This document shows positions 24,104 through 36,900 of a stretch of DNA of 64,000 nucleotides, in pieces. The number at the start of each line of letters is the position of its first letter. The first letter of the stretch is position 1. Where the stretch lies: assembly GCA_040954595.2 (NCBI GenBank), contig CM082577.2, forward strand, positions 20,434,303 to 20,498,302, read 5' to 3'. A model generated the notes under the pieces. That model had not been told where the DNA came from. It worked only from the letters and a program-made list of their open reading frames with translations, and made no database searches. Source of the stretch: Balanoglossus misakiensis. Its lineage: Eukaryota; Animalia; Hemichordata. The position numbers were made by a program, and so were the translations under genes.

Positions 24104-25117
24104 GAAAGATGGTTGAATTTCTCCTACTATAAACCTGAATCCTACACCATTGAACACATAGCCCGACTTGGCTAATTTTGTGGGTAACCGATCGACCTTC
24201 CATAGCTTATAAGGCAAGTGGGATAAAAAAATATGGTTTGTTTTGTTCTGCAAAAAGTGTTTTTAGAATTCAGGCACTTTCAGAAAAGGAAGAAACGGAC
24301 ACTTGCGACAAAAATGTTATCCATCAGGCTACTCTTTAATGGAAAAGTTGGAAAAAAAATGAAGCCTACAGCACGTAGTATTCCCAGGCGGTCTCCCATC
24401 CAAGTACTAACTACGCCCAACGCAGGTTTGCTTCGGTGATCAGACGAGAACCGGCTTATTCTACGTGGTATGGCCGTAGGCGAAAGATGGTTGAATTTCT
24501 CCTACTATAAACCTGAATCCTACACCATTGAACACATAGCCCGACTTGGCTAATTTTGGTGGGTAACCGATCGACCTTCCATAGCTTATAAGGCAAGTGG
24601 GATAAAAAAATATGGTTTGTTTTGTTCTGCAAAAAGTGTTTTTAGAATTCAGGCACTTTCAGAAAAGGAAGAAACGGACACTTGCGACAAAAATGTTATC
24701 CATCAGGCTACTCTTTAATGGAAAAGTTGGAAAAAAATGAAGCCTACAGCACGTAGTATTCCCAGGCGGTCTCCCATCCAAGTACTAACTACGCCCAACG
24801 CAGGTTTGCTTCGGTGATCAGACGAGAACCGGCTTATTCTACGTGGTATGGCCGTAGGCGAAAGATGGTTGAATTTCTCCTACTATAAACCTGAATCATA
24901 CACCATTGAACACATAGCCCGACTTGGCTAATTTTTGTGGGTAACCGATCGACCTTCCATAGCTTATAAGGCAAGTGGGATAAACAAATATGGTTTGTTT
25001 TGTTCTGCAAAAAGTGTTTTTAGAATTCAGGCACTTTCAGAAAAGGAGGAAACGGACACTTGCGACAAAGATGTTATCCATCAGGCTACTCTTTAATGGA
25101 AAAGTTGGAAAAAAATG

Positions 25118-25236
25118 AAGCCTACAGCACGTAGTATTCCCAGGCGGTCTCCCATCCAAGTACTAACTATCCCAACGCAGGTTTGCTTCGTTGATCAGAC
25201 GAGAACCGGCTTATTCTACGTGGTATGGCCGTAGGC
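25118..25236 (-). pseudogene. Probable defective 119-nt 5S variant (C67G68 replaced by A, plus C46A)
   Basis: Plus strand reads aactatcccaac instead of aactacgcccaac, and cttcgttgatc. Confidence 0.7.
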
Positions 25237-26251
25237 GAAAGATGGTTGAATTTCTTCTACTATAAACCTGAATCCTACACCATTGAACACATAGCCCGAC
25301 TTGGCTAATTTTGTGGGTAACCGATCGACCTTCCATAGCTTATAAGGCAAGTGGGATAAAAAAATATGGTTTGTTTTGTTCTGCAAAAAGTGTTTTTAGA
25401 ATTCAGGCACTTTCAGAAAAGGAAGAAACGGAAACTTGCGACAAAAATGTTATCCATCAGGCTACTCTTTAATGGAAAAGTTGGAAAAAAAAATGAAGCC
25501 TACAGCACGTAGTATTCCCAGGCGGTCTCCCATCCAAGTACTAACTACGCCCAACGCAGGTTTGCTTCGGTGATCAGACGAGAACCGGCTTATTCTACGT
25601 GGTATGGCCGTAGGCGAAAGATGGTTGAATTTCTCCTACTATAAACCTGAATCCTACACCATTGAACACATAGCCCGACTTGGCTAATTTTGGTGGGTAA
25701 CCGATCGACCTTCCATAGCTTATAAGGCAAGTGGGATAAAAAAATATGGTTTGTTTTGTTCTGCAAAAAGTGTTTTTAGAATTCAGGCACTTTCAGAAAA
25801 GGAAGAAACGGACACTTGCGACAAAAATGTTATCCATCAGGCTACTCTTTAATGGAAAAGTTGGAAAAAAATGAAGCCTACAGCACGTAGTATTCCCAGG
25901 CGGTCTCCCATCCAAGTACTAACTACGCCCAACGCAGGTTTGCTTCGGTGATCAGACGAGAACCGGCTTATTCTACGTGGTATGGCCGTAGGCGAAAGAT
26001 GGTTGAATTTCTCCTACTATAAACCTGAATCATACACCATTGAACACATAGCCCGACTTGGCTAATTTTTGTGGGTAACCGATCGACCTTCCATAGCTTA
26101 TAAGGCAAGTGGGATAAACAAATATGGTTTGTTTTGTTCTGCAAAAAGTGTTTTTAGAATTCAGGCACTTTCAGAAAAGGAGGAAACGGACACTTGCGAC
26201 AAAGATGTTATCCATCAGGCTACTCTTTAATGGAAAAGTTGGAAAAAAATG

Positions 26252-26370
26252 AAGCCTACAGCACGTAGTATTCCCAGGCGGTCTCCCATCCAAGTACTAA
26301 CTATCCCAACGCAGGTTTGCTTCGTTGATCAGACGAGAACCGGCTTATTCTACGTGGTATGGCCGTAGGC
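26252..26370 (-). pseudogene. Probable defective 119-nt 5S variant, second copy
   Basis: Same two gene lesions and the same linked spacer variants (ataaacaaat, aaggagg, aaagatg). Confidence 0.7.
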
Positions 26371-29300
26371 GAAAGATGGTTGAATTTCTTCTACTATAAA
26401 CCTGAATCCTACACCATTGAACACATAGCCCGACTTGGCTAATTTTGTGGGTAACCGATCGACCTTCCATAGCTTATAAGGCAAGTGGGATAAAAAAATA
26501 TGGTTTGTTTTGTTCTGCAAAAAGTGTTTTTAGAATTCAGGCACTTTCAGAAAAGGAAGAAACGGACACTTGCGACAAAAATGTTATCCATCAGGCTACT
26601 CTTTAATGGAAAAGTTGGAAAAAAAATGAAGCCTACAGCACGTAGTATTCCCAGGCGGTCTCCCATCCAAGTACTAACTACGCCCAACGCAGGTTTGCTT
26701 CGGTGATCAGACGAGAACCGGCTTATTCTACGTGGTATGGCCGTAGGCGAAAGATGGTTGAATTTCTTCTACTATAAACCTGAATCCTACACCATTGAAC
26801 ACATAGCCCGACTTGGCTAATTTTTGTGGGTAACCGATCGACCTTCCATTGCTTATAAGGCAAGTGGGATAAAAAAATATTGTTTGTTTTGTTCTGCAAA
26901 AAGTGTTTTTAGAATTCAGGCACTTTCAGAAAAGGAAGAAACGGACACTTGCGACAAAAATGTTATCCATCAGGCTACTCTTTAATGGAAAAGTTGGAAA
27001 AAAATGAAGCCTACAGCACGTAGTATTCCCAGGCGGTCTCCCATCCAAGTACTAACTACGCCCAACGCAGGTTTGCTTCGGTGATCAGACGAGAACCGGC
27101 TTATTCTACGTGGTATGGCCGTAGGCGAAAGATGGTTGAATTTCTCCTACTATAAACCTGAATCCTACACCATTGAACACATAACCCGACTTGGCTAATT
27201 TTGTGGGTAACCGATCGACCTTCCATAGCTTATAAGGCAAGTGGGATAAAAAATATGGTTTGTTTTGTTCTGCAAAAAGTGTTTTTAGAATTCAGGCACT
27301 TTAAGAAAAGTAAGAAACGGACACTTGCGACAAAAATGTTATCCATCAGGCTACTCTTTAATGGAAAAGTTGGAAAAAAATGAAGCCTACATCACGTAGT
27401 ATTCCCAGGCGGTCTCCCATCCAAGTACTAACTACGCCCAACGCAGGTTTGCTTCGGTGATCAGACGAGAACCGGCTTATTCTATATGGTATGGCCGTAG
27501 GCGAAAGATGGTTGAATTTCTTCTACTATAAACCTGAATCCTACACCATTGAACACATAGCCCGACTTGGCTAATTTTGTGGGTAACCGATCGACCTTCC
27601 ATAGCTTATAAGGCAAGTGGGATAAAAAAATATGGTTTGTTTTGTTCTGCAAAAAGTGTTTTTAGAATTCAGGCACTTTCAGAAAAGGAAGAAACGGACA
27701 CTTGCGACAAAAATGTTATCCATCAGGCTACTCTTTAATGGAAAAGTTGGAAAAAAAATGAAGCCTACAGCACGTAGTATTCCCAGGCGGTCTCCCATCC
27801 AAGTACTAACTACGCCCAACGCAGGTTTGCTTCGGTGATCAGACGAGAACCGGCTTATTCTACGTGGTATGTCCGTAGGCAAAAGATGGTTGAATTTCTC
27901 CTACTATAAACCTGAATCCTACACCATTGAACACATAGCCCGACTTGGCTAATTTTTGTGGGTAACCGATCGACCTTCCATAGCTTATAAGGCAAGTGGG
28001 ATAAAAAAATATGGTTTGTTTTGTTCTGCAAAAAGTGTTTTTAGAATTCAGGCACTTTCAGAAAAGGAAGAAACGGACACTTGCGACAAAAATGTTATCC
28101 ATCAGGCTACTCTTTAATGGAAAAGTTGGAAAAAAATGAAGCCTACAGCACGTAGTATTCCCAGGCGGTCTCCCATCCAAGTACTAACTACGCCCAACGC
28201 AGGTTTGCTTCGGTGATCAGACGAGAACCGGCTTATTCTACGTGGTATGGCCGTAGGCGAAAGATGGTTGAATTTCTCCTACTATAAACCTGAATCCTAC
28301 ACCATTGAACACATAGCCCGACTTGGCTAATTTTTGTGGGTAACCGATCGACCTTCCATAGCTTATAAGGCAAGTGGGATAAAAAAATATGGTTTGTTTT
28401 GTTCTGCAAAAAGTGTTTTTAGAATTCAGGCACTTTCAGAAAAGGAAGAAACGGACACTTGCGACAAAAATGTTATCCATCAGGCTACTCTTTAATGGAA
28501 AAGTTGGAAAAAAATGAAGCCTACAGCACGTAGTATTCCCAGGCGGTCTCCCATCCAAGTACTAACTACGCCCAACGCAGGTTTGCTTCGGTGATCAGAC
28601 GAGAACCGGCTTATTCTACGTGGTATGGCCGTAGGCGAAAGATGGTTGAATTTCTCCTACTATAAACCTGAATCCTACACCATTGAACACATAGCCCGAC
28701 TTGGCTAATTTTTGTGGGTAACCGATCGACCTTCCATAGCTTATAAGGCAAGTGGGATAAAAAAATATGGTTTGTTTTGTTCTGCAAAAAGTGTTTTTAG
28801 AATTCAGGCACTTTCAGAAAAGGAAGAAACGGACACTTGCGACAAAAATGTTATCCATCAGGCTACTCTTTAATGGAAAAGTTGGAAAAAAATGAAGCCT
28901 ACAGCACGTAGTATTCCCAGGCGGTCTCCCATCCAAGTACTAACTACGCCCAACGCAGGTTTGCTTCGGTGATCAGACGAGAACCGGCTTATTCTACGTG
29001 GTATGGCCGTAGGCGAAAGATGGTTGAATTTCTCCTACTATAAACCTGAATCCTACACCATTGAACACATAGCCCGACTTGGCTAATTTTGTGGGTAACC
29101 GATCGACCTTCCATAGCTTATAAGGCAAGTGGGATAAAAAATATGGTTTGTTTTGTTCTGCAAAAAGTGTTTTTAGAATTCAGGCACTTTCAGAAAAGGA
29201 AGAAACGGACACTTGCGACAAAAATGTTATCCATCAGGCTACTCTTTAATGGAAAAGTTGGAAAAAAATGAAGCCTACAGCACGTAGTATTCCCAGGCGG

Positions 29301-30782
29301 TCTCCCATCCAAGTACTAACTACGACCAACGCAGGTTTGCTTCGGTGATCAGACGAGAACCGGCTTATTCTACGTGGTATGTCCGTAGGCAAAAGATGGT
29401 TGAATTTCTCCTACTATAAACCTGAATCCTACACCATTGAACACATAGCCCGACTTGGCTAATTTTTGTGGGTAACCGATCGACCTTCCATAGCTTATAA
29501 GGCAAGTGGGATAAAAAAATATGGTTTGTTTTGTTCTGCAAAAAGTGTTTTTAGAATTCAGGCACTTTCAGAAAAGGAAGAAACGGACACTTGCGACAAA
29601 AATGTTATCCATCAGGCTACTCTTTAATGGAAAAGTTGGAAAAAAATGAAGCCTACAGCACGTAGTATTCCCAGGCGGTCTCCCATCCAAGTACTAACTA
29701 CGCCCAACGCAGGTTTGCTTCGGTGATCAGACGAGAACCGGCTTATTCTACGTGGTATGGCCGTAGGCGAAAGATGGTTGAATTTCTCCTACTATAAACC
29801 TGAATCCTACACCATTGAACACATAGCCCGACTTGGCTAATTTTTGTGGGTAACCGATCGACCTTCCATAGCTTATAAGGCAAGTGGGATAAAAAAATAT
29901 TGTTTGTTTTGTTCTGCAAAAAGTGTTTTTAGAATTCAGGCACTTTCAGAAAAGGAAGAAACGGACACTTGCGACAAAAATGTTATCCATCAGGCTACTC
30001 TTTAATGGAAAAGTTGGAAAAAAATGAAGCCTACAGCACGTAGTATTCCCAGGCGGTCTCCCATCCAAGTACTAACTACGCCCAACGCAGGTTTGCTTCG
30101 GTGATCAGACGAGAACCGGCTTATTCTACGTGGTATGGCCGTAGGCGAAAGATGGTTGAATTTCTCCTACTATAAACCTGAATCCTACACCATTGAACAC
30201 ATAGCCCGACTTGGCTAATTTTTGTGGGTAACCGATCGACCTTCCATAGCTTATAAGGCAAGTGGGATAAAAAAATATGGTTTGTTTTGTTCTGCAAAAA
30301 GTGTTTTTAGAATTCAGGCACTTTCAGAAAAGGAAGAAACGGACACTTGCGACAAAAATGTTATCCATCAGGCTACTCTTTAATGGAAAAGTTGGAAAAA
30401 AATGAAGCCTACAGCACGTAGTATTCCCAGGCGGTCTCCCATCCAAGTACTAACTACGCCCAACGCAGGTTTGCTTCGGTGATCAGACGAGAACCGGCTT
30501 ATTCTACGTGGTATGGCCGTAGGCGAAAGATGGTTGAATTTCTCCTACTATAAACCTGAATCATACACCATTGAACACATAGCCCGACTTGGCTAATTTT
30601 TGTGGGTAACCGATCGACCTTCCATAGCTTATAAGGCAAGTGGGATAAACAAATATGGTTTGTTTTGTTCTGCAAAAAGTGTTTTTAGAATTGAGGCACT
30701 TTCAGAAAAGGAGGAAACGGACACTTGCGACAAAGATGTTATCCATCAGGCTACTCTTTAATGGAAAAGTTGGAAAAAAATG

Positions 30783-30901
30783 AAGCCTACAGCACGTAGT
30801 ATTCCCAGGCGGTCTCCCATCCAAGTACTAACTATCCCAACGCAGGTTTGCTTCGTTGATCAGACGAGAACCGGCTTATTCTACGTGGTATGGCCGTAGG
30901 C
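30783..30901 (-). pseudogene. Probable defective 119-nt 5S variant, third copy
   Basis: Same two gene lesions and the same linked spacer variants. Confidence 0.7.
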
Positions 30902-33900
30902 GAAAGATGGTTGAATTTCTTCTACTATAAACCTGAATCCTACACCATTGAACACATAGCCCGACTTGGCTAATTTTGTGGGTAACCGATCGACCTTCCA
31001 TAGCTTATAAGGCAAGTGGGATAAAAAAATATGGTTTGTTTTGTTCTGCAAAAAGTGTTTTTAGAATTCAGGCACTTTCAGAAAAGGAAGAAACGGACAC
31101 TTGCGACAAAAATGTTATCCATCAGGCTACTCTTTAATGGAAAAGTTGGAAAAAAAAATGAAGCCTACAGCACGTAGTATTCCCAGGCGGTCTCCCATCC
31201 AAGTACTAACTACGCCCAACGCAGGTTTGCTTCGGTGATCAGACGAGAACCGGCTTATTCTACGTGGTATGGCCGTAGGCGAAAGATGGTTGAATTTCTT
31301 CTACTATAAACCTGAATCCTACACCATTGAACACATAGCCCGACTTGGCTAATTTTTGTGGGTAACCGATCGACCTTCCATTGCTTATAAGGCAAGTGGG
31401 ATAAAAAAATATTGTTTGTTTTGTTCTGCAAAAAGTGTTTTTAGAATTCAGGCACTTTCAGAAAAGGAAGAAACGGACACTTGCGACAAAAATGTTATCC
31501 ATCAGGCTACTCTTTAATGGAAAAGTTGGAAAAAAATGAAGCCTACAGCACGTAGTATTCCCAGGCGGTCTCCCATCCAAGTACTAACTACGCCCAACGC
31601 AGGTTTGCTTCGGTGATCAGACGAGAACCGGCTTATTCTACGTGGTATGGCCGTAGGCGAAAGATGGTTGAATTTCTCCTACTATAAACCTGAATCCTAC
31701 ACCATTGAACACATAACCCGACTTGGCTAATTTTGTGGGTAACCGATCGACCTTCCATAGCTTATAAGGCAAGTGGGATAAAAAATATGGTTTGTTTTGT
31801 TCTGCAAAAAGTGTTTTTAGAATTCAGGCACTTTAAGAAAAGTAAGAAACGGACACTTGCGACAAAAATGTTATCCATCAGGCTACTCTTTAATGGAAAA
31901 GTTGGAAAAAAATGAAGCCTACAGCACGTAGTATTCCCAGGCGGTCTCCCATCCAAGTACTAACTACGCCCAACGCAGGTTTGCTTCGGTGATCAGACGA
32001 GAACCGGCTTATTCTATATGGTATGGCCGTAGGCGAAAGATGGTTGAATTTCTTCTACTATAAACCTGAATCCTACACCATTGAACACATAGCCCGACTT
32101 GGCTAATTTTGTGGGTAACCGATCGACCTTCCATAGCTTATAAGGCAAGTGGGATAAAAAAATATGGTTTGTTTTGTTCTGCAAAAAGTGTTTTTAGAAT
32201 TCAGGCACTTTCAGAAAAGGAAGAAACGGACACTTGCGACAAAAATGTTATCCATCAGGCTACTCTTTAATGGAAAAGTTGGAAAAAAAATGAAGCCTAC
32301 AGCACGTAGTATTCCCAGGCGGTCTCCCATCCAAGTACTAACTACGCCCAACGCAGGTTTGCTTCGGTGATCAGACGAGAACCGGCTTATTCTACGTGGT
32401 ATGTCCGTAGGCAAAAGATGGTTGAATTTCTCCTACTATAAACCTGAATCCTACACCATTGAACACATAGCCCGACTTGGCTAATTTTTGTGGGTAACCG
32501 ATCGACCTTCCATAGCTTATAAGGCAAGTGGGATAAAAAAATATGGTTTGTTTTGTTCTGCAAAAAGTGTTTTTAGAATTCAGGCACTTTCAGAAAAGGA
32601 AGAAACGGACACTTGCGACAAAAATGTTATCCATCAGGCTACTCTTTAATGGAAAAGTTGGAAAAAAATGAAGCCTACAGCACGTAGTATTCCCAGGCGG
32701 TCTCCCATCCAAGTACTAACTACGCCCAACGCAGGTTTGCTTCGGTGATCAGACGAGAACCGGCTTATTCTACGTGGTATGGCCGTAGGCGAAAGATGGT
32801 TGAATTTCTCCTACTATAAACCTGAATCCTACACCATTGAACACATAGCCCGACTTGGCTAATTTTTGTGGGTAACCGATCGACCTTCCATAGCTTATAA
32901 GGCAAGTGGGATAAAAAAATATGGTTTGTTTTGTTCTGCAAAAAGTGTTTTTAGAATTCAGGCACTTTCAGAAAAGGAAGAAACGGACACTTGCGACAAA
33001 AATGTTATCCATCAGGCTACTCTTTAATGGAAAAGTTGGAAAAAAATGAAGCCTACAGCACGTAGTATTCCCAGGCGGTCTCCCATCCAAGTACTAACTA
33101 CGCCCAACGCAGGTTTGCTTCGGTGATCAGACGAGAACCGGCTTATTCTACGTGGTATGGCCGTAGGCGAAAGATGGTTGAATTTCTCCTACTATAAACC
33201 TGAATCCTACACCATTGAACACATAGCCCGACTTGGCTAATTTTTGTGGGTAACCGATCGACCTTCCATAGCTTATAAGGCAAGTGGGATAAAAAAATAT
33301 GGTTTGTTTTGTTCTGCAAAAAGTGTTTTTAGAATTCAGGCACTTTCAGAAAAGGAAGAAACGGACACTTGCGACAAAAATGTTATCCATCAGGCTACTC
33401 TTTAATGGAAAAGTTGGAAAAAAATGAAGCCTACAGCACGTAGTATTCCCAGGCGGTCTCCCATCCAAGTACTAACTACGCCCAACGCAGGTTTGCTTCG
33501 GTGATCAGACGAGAACCGGCTTATTCTACGTGGTATGGCCGTAGGCGAAAGATGGTTGAATTTCTCCTACTATAAACCTGAATCCTACACCATTGAACAC
33601 ATAGCCCGACTTGGCTAATTTTGTGGGTAACCGATCGACCTTCCATAGCTTATAAGGCAAGTGGGATAAAAAATATGGTTTGTTTTGTTCTGCAAAAAGT
33701 GTTTTTAGAATTCAGGCACTTTCAGAAAAGGAAGAAACGGACACTTGCGACAAAAATGTTATCCATCAGGCTACTCTTTAATGGAAAAGTTGGAAAAAAA
33801 TGAAGCCTACAGCACGTAGTATTCCCAGGCGGTCTCCCATCCAAGTACTAACTACGACCAACGCAGGTTTGCTTCGGTGATCAGACGAGAACCGGCTTAT

Positions 33901-36900
33901 TCTACGTGGTATGTCCGTAGGCAAAAGATGGTTGAATTTCTCCTACTATAAACCTGAATCCTACACCATTGAACACATAGCCCGACTTGGCTAATTTTTG
34001 TGGGTAACCGATCGACCTTCCATAGCTTATAAGGCAAGTGGGATAAAAAAATATGGTTTGTTTTGTTCTGCAAAAAGTGTTTTTAGAATTCAGGCACTTT
34101 CAGAAAAGGAAGAAACGGACACTTGCGACAAAAATGTTATCCATCAGGCTACTCTTTAATGGAAAAGTTGGAAAAAAATGAAGCCTACAGCACGTAGTAT
34201 TCCCAGGCGGTCTCCCATCCAAGTACTAACTACGCCCAACGCAGGTTTGCTTCGGTGATCAGACGAGAACCGGCTTATTCTACGTGGTATGGCCGTAGGC
34301 GAAAGATGGTTGAATTTCTCCTACTATAAACCTGAATCCTACACCATTGAACACATAGCCCGACTTGGCTAATTTTTGTGGGTAACCGATCGACCTTCCA
34401 TAGCTTATAAGGCAAGTGGGATAAAAAAATATGGTTTGTTTTGTTCTGCAAAAAGTGTTTTTAGAATTCAGGCACTTTCAGAAAAGGAAGAAACGGACAC
34501 TTGCGACAAAAATGTTATCCATCAGGCTACTCTTTAATGGAAAAGTTGGAAAAAAATGAAGCCTACAGCACGTAGTATTCCCAGGCGGTCTCCCATCCAA
34601 GTACTAACTACGCCCAACGCAGGTTTGCTTCGGTGATCAGACGAGAACCGGCTTATTCTACGTGGTATGGCCGTAGGCGAAAGATGGTTGAATTTCTCCT
34701 ACTATAAACCTGAATCCTACACCATTGAACACATAGCCCGACTTGGCTAATTTTGTGGGTAACCGATCGACCTTCCATAGCTTATAAGGCAAGTGGGATA
34801 AAAAATATGGTTTGTTTTGTTCTGCAAAAAGTGTTTTTAGAATTCAGGCACTTTCAGAAAAGGAAGAAACGGACACTTGCGACAAAAATGTTATCCATCA
34901 GGCTACTCTTTAATGGAAAAGTTGGAAAAAAATGAAGCCTACAGCACGTAGTATTCCCAGGCGGTCTCCCATCCAAGTACTAACTACGACCAACGCAGGT
35001 TTGCTTCGGTGATCAGACGAGAACCGGCTTATTCTACGTGGTATGTCCGTAGGCAAAAGATGGTTGAATTTCTCCTACTATAAACCTGAATCCTACACCA
35101 TTGAACACATAGCCCGACTTGGCTAATTTTTGTGGGTAACCGATCGACCTTCCATAGCTTATAAGGCAAGTGGGATAAAAAAATATGGTTTGTTTTGTTC
35201 TGCAAAAAGTGTTTTTAGAATTCAGGCACTTTCAGAAAAGGAAGAAACGGACACTTGCGACAAAAATGTTATCCATCAGGCTACTCTTTAATGGAAAAGT
35301 TGGAAAAAAATGAAGCCTACAGCACGTAGTATTCCCAGGCGGTCTCCCATCCAAGTACTAACTACGCCCAACGCAGGTTTGCTTCGGTGATCAGACGAGA
35401 ACCGGCTTATTCTACGTGGTATGGCCGTAGGCGAAAGATGGTTGAATTTCTCCTACTATAAACCTGAATCCTACACCATTGAACACATAGCCCGACTTGG
35501 CTAATTTTTGTGGGTAACCGATCGACCTTCCATAGCTTATAAGGCAAGTGGGATAAAAAAATATGGTTTGTTTTGTTCTGCAAAAAGTGTTTTTAGAATT
35601 CAGGCACTTTCAGAAAAGGAAGAAACGGACACTTGCGACAAAAATGTTATCCATCAGGCTACTCTTTAATGGAAAAGTTGGAAAAAAATGAAGCCTACAG
35701 CACGTAGTATTCCCAGGCGGTCTCCCATCCAAGTACTAACTACGCCCAACGCAGGTTTGCTTCGGTGATCAGACGAGAACCGGCTTATTCTACGTGGTAT
35801 GGCCGTAGGCGAAAGATGGTTGAATTTCTCCTACTATAAACCTGAATCCTACACCATTGAACACATAGCCCGACTTGGCTAATTTTTGTGGGTAACCGAT
35901 CGACCTTCCATAGCTTATAAGGCAAGTGGGATAAAAAAATATGGTTTGTTTTGTTCTGCAAAAAGTGTTTTTAGAATTCAGGCACTTTCAGAAAAGGAAG
36001 AAACGGACACTTGCGACAAAAATGTTATCCATCAGGCTACTCTTTAATGGAAAAGTTGGAAAAAAAATGAAGCCTACAGCACGTAGTATTCCCAGGCGGT
36101 CTCCCATCCAAGTACTAACTACGCCCAACGCAGATTTGCTTCGGTGATCAGACGAGAACCGGCTTATTCTACGTGGTATGGCCGTAGGCGAAAGATGGTT
36201 GAATTTCTCCTACTATAAACCTGAATCCTACACCATTGAACACATAGCCCGACTTGGCTAATTTTTGTGGGTAACCGATCGACCTTCCATAGCTTATAAG
36301 GCAAGTGGGATAAAAAAATATGGTTTGTTTTGTTCTGCAAAAAGTGTTTTTAGAATTCAGGCACTTTCAGAAAAGGAAGAAACGGACACTTGCGACAAAA
36401 ATGTTATCCATCAGGCTACTCTTTAATGGAAAAGTTGGAAAAAAATGAAGCCTACAGCACGTAGTATTCCCAGGCGGTCTCCCATCCAAGAACTAACTAC
36501 GCCCAACGCAGGTTTGCTTCAGTGATCAGACGAGAACTGGCTTATTCTACGTGGTATGGCCGTAGGCGAAAGATGGTTGAATTTCTCCTACTATAAACCT
36601 GAATCCTACACCATTGAACACATAGCCCGACTTGGCTAATTTTTGTGGGTAACCGATCGACCTTCCATAGCTTATAAGGCAAGTGGGATAAAAAAATATG
36701 GTTTGTTTTGTTCTGCAAAAAGTGATTTTAGAATTCAGGCACTTTCAGAAAAGGAAGAAACGGACACTTGCGACAAAAATGTTATCCATCAGGCTACTCT
36801 TTAATGGAAAAGTTGGAAAAAAATGAAGCCTACAGCACGTAGTATTCCCAGGCGGTCTCCCATCCAAGTACTAACTACGCCCAACGCAGGTTTGCTTCGG

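Larger units (their letters stand above)
25870..34930. repeat. 12-unit (about 4532 bp) tandem segmental duplication inside the array; ends approximate
   Basis: Variant-defined landmarks recur at +4532: 27201/31733, 27632/32164 and 29089/33621; the defective copy recurs at 26252/30783. Confidence 0.85.
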
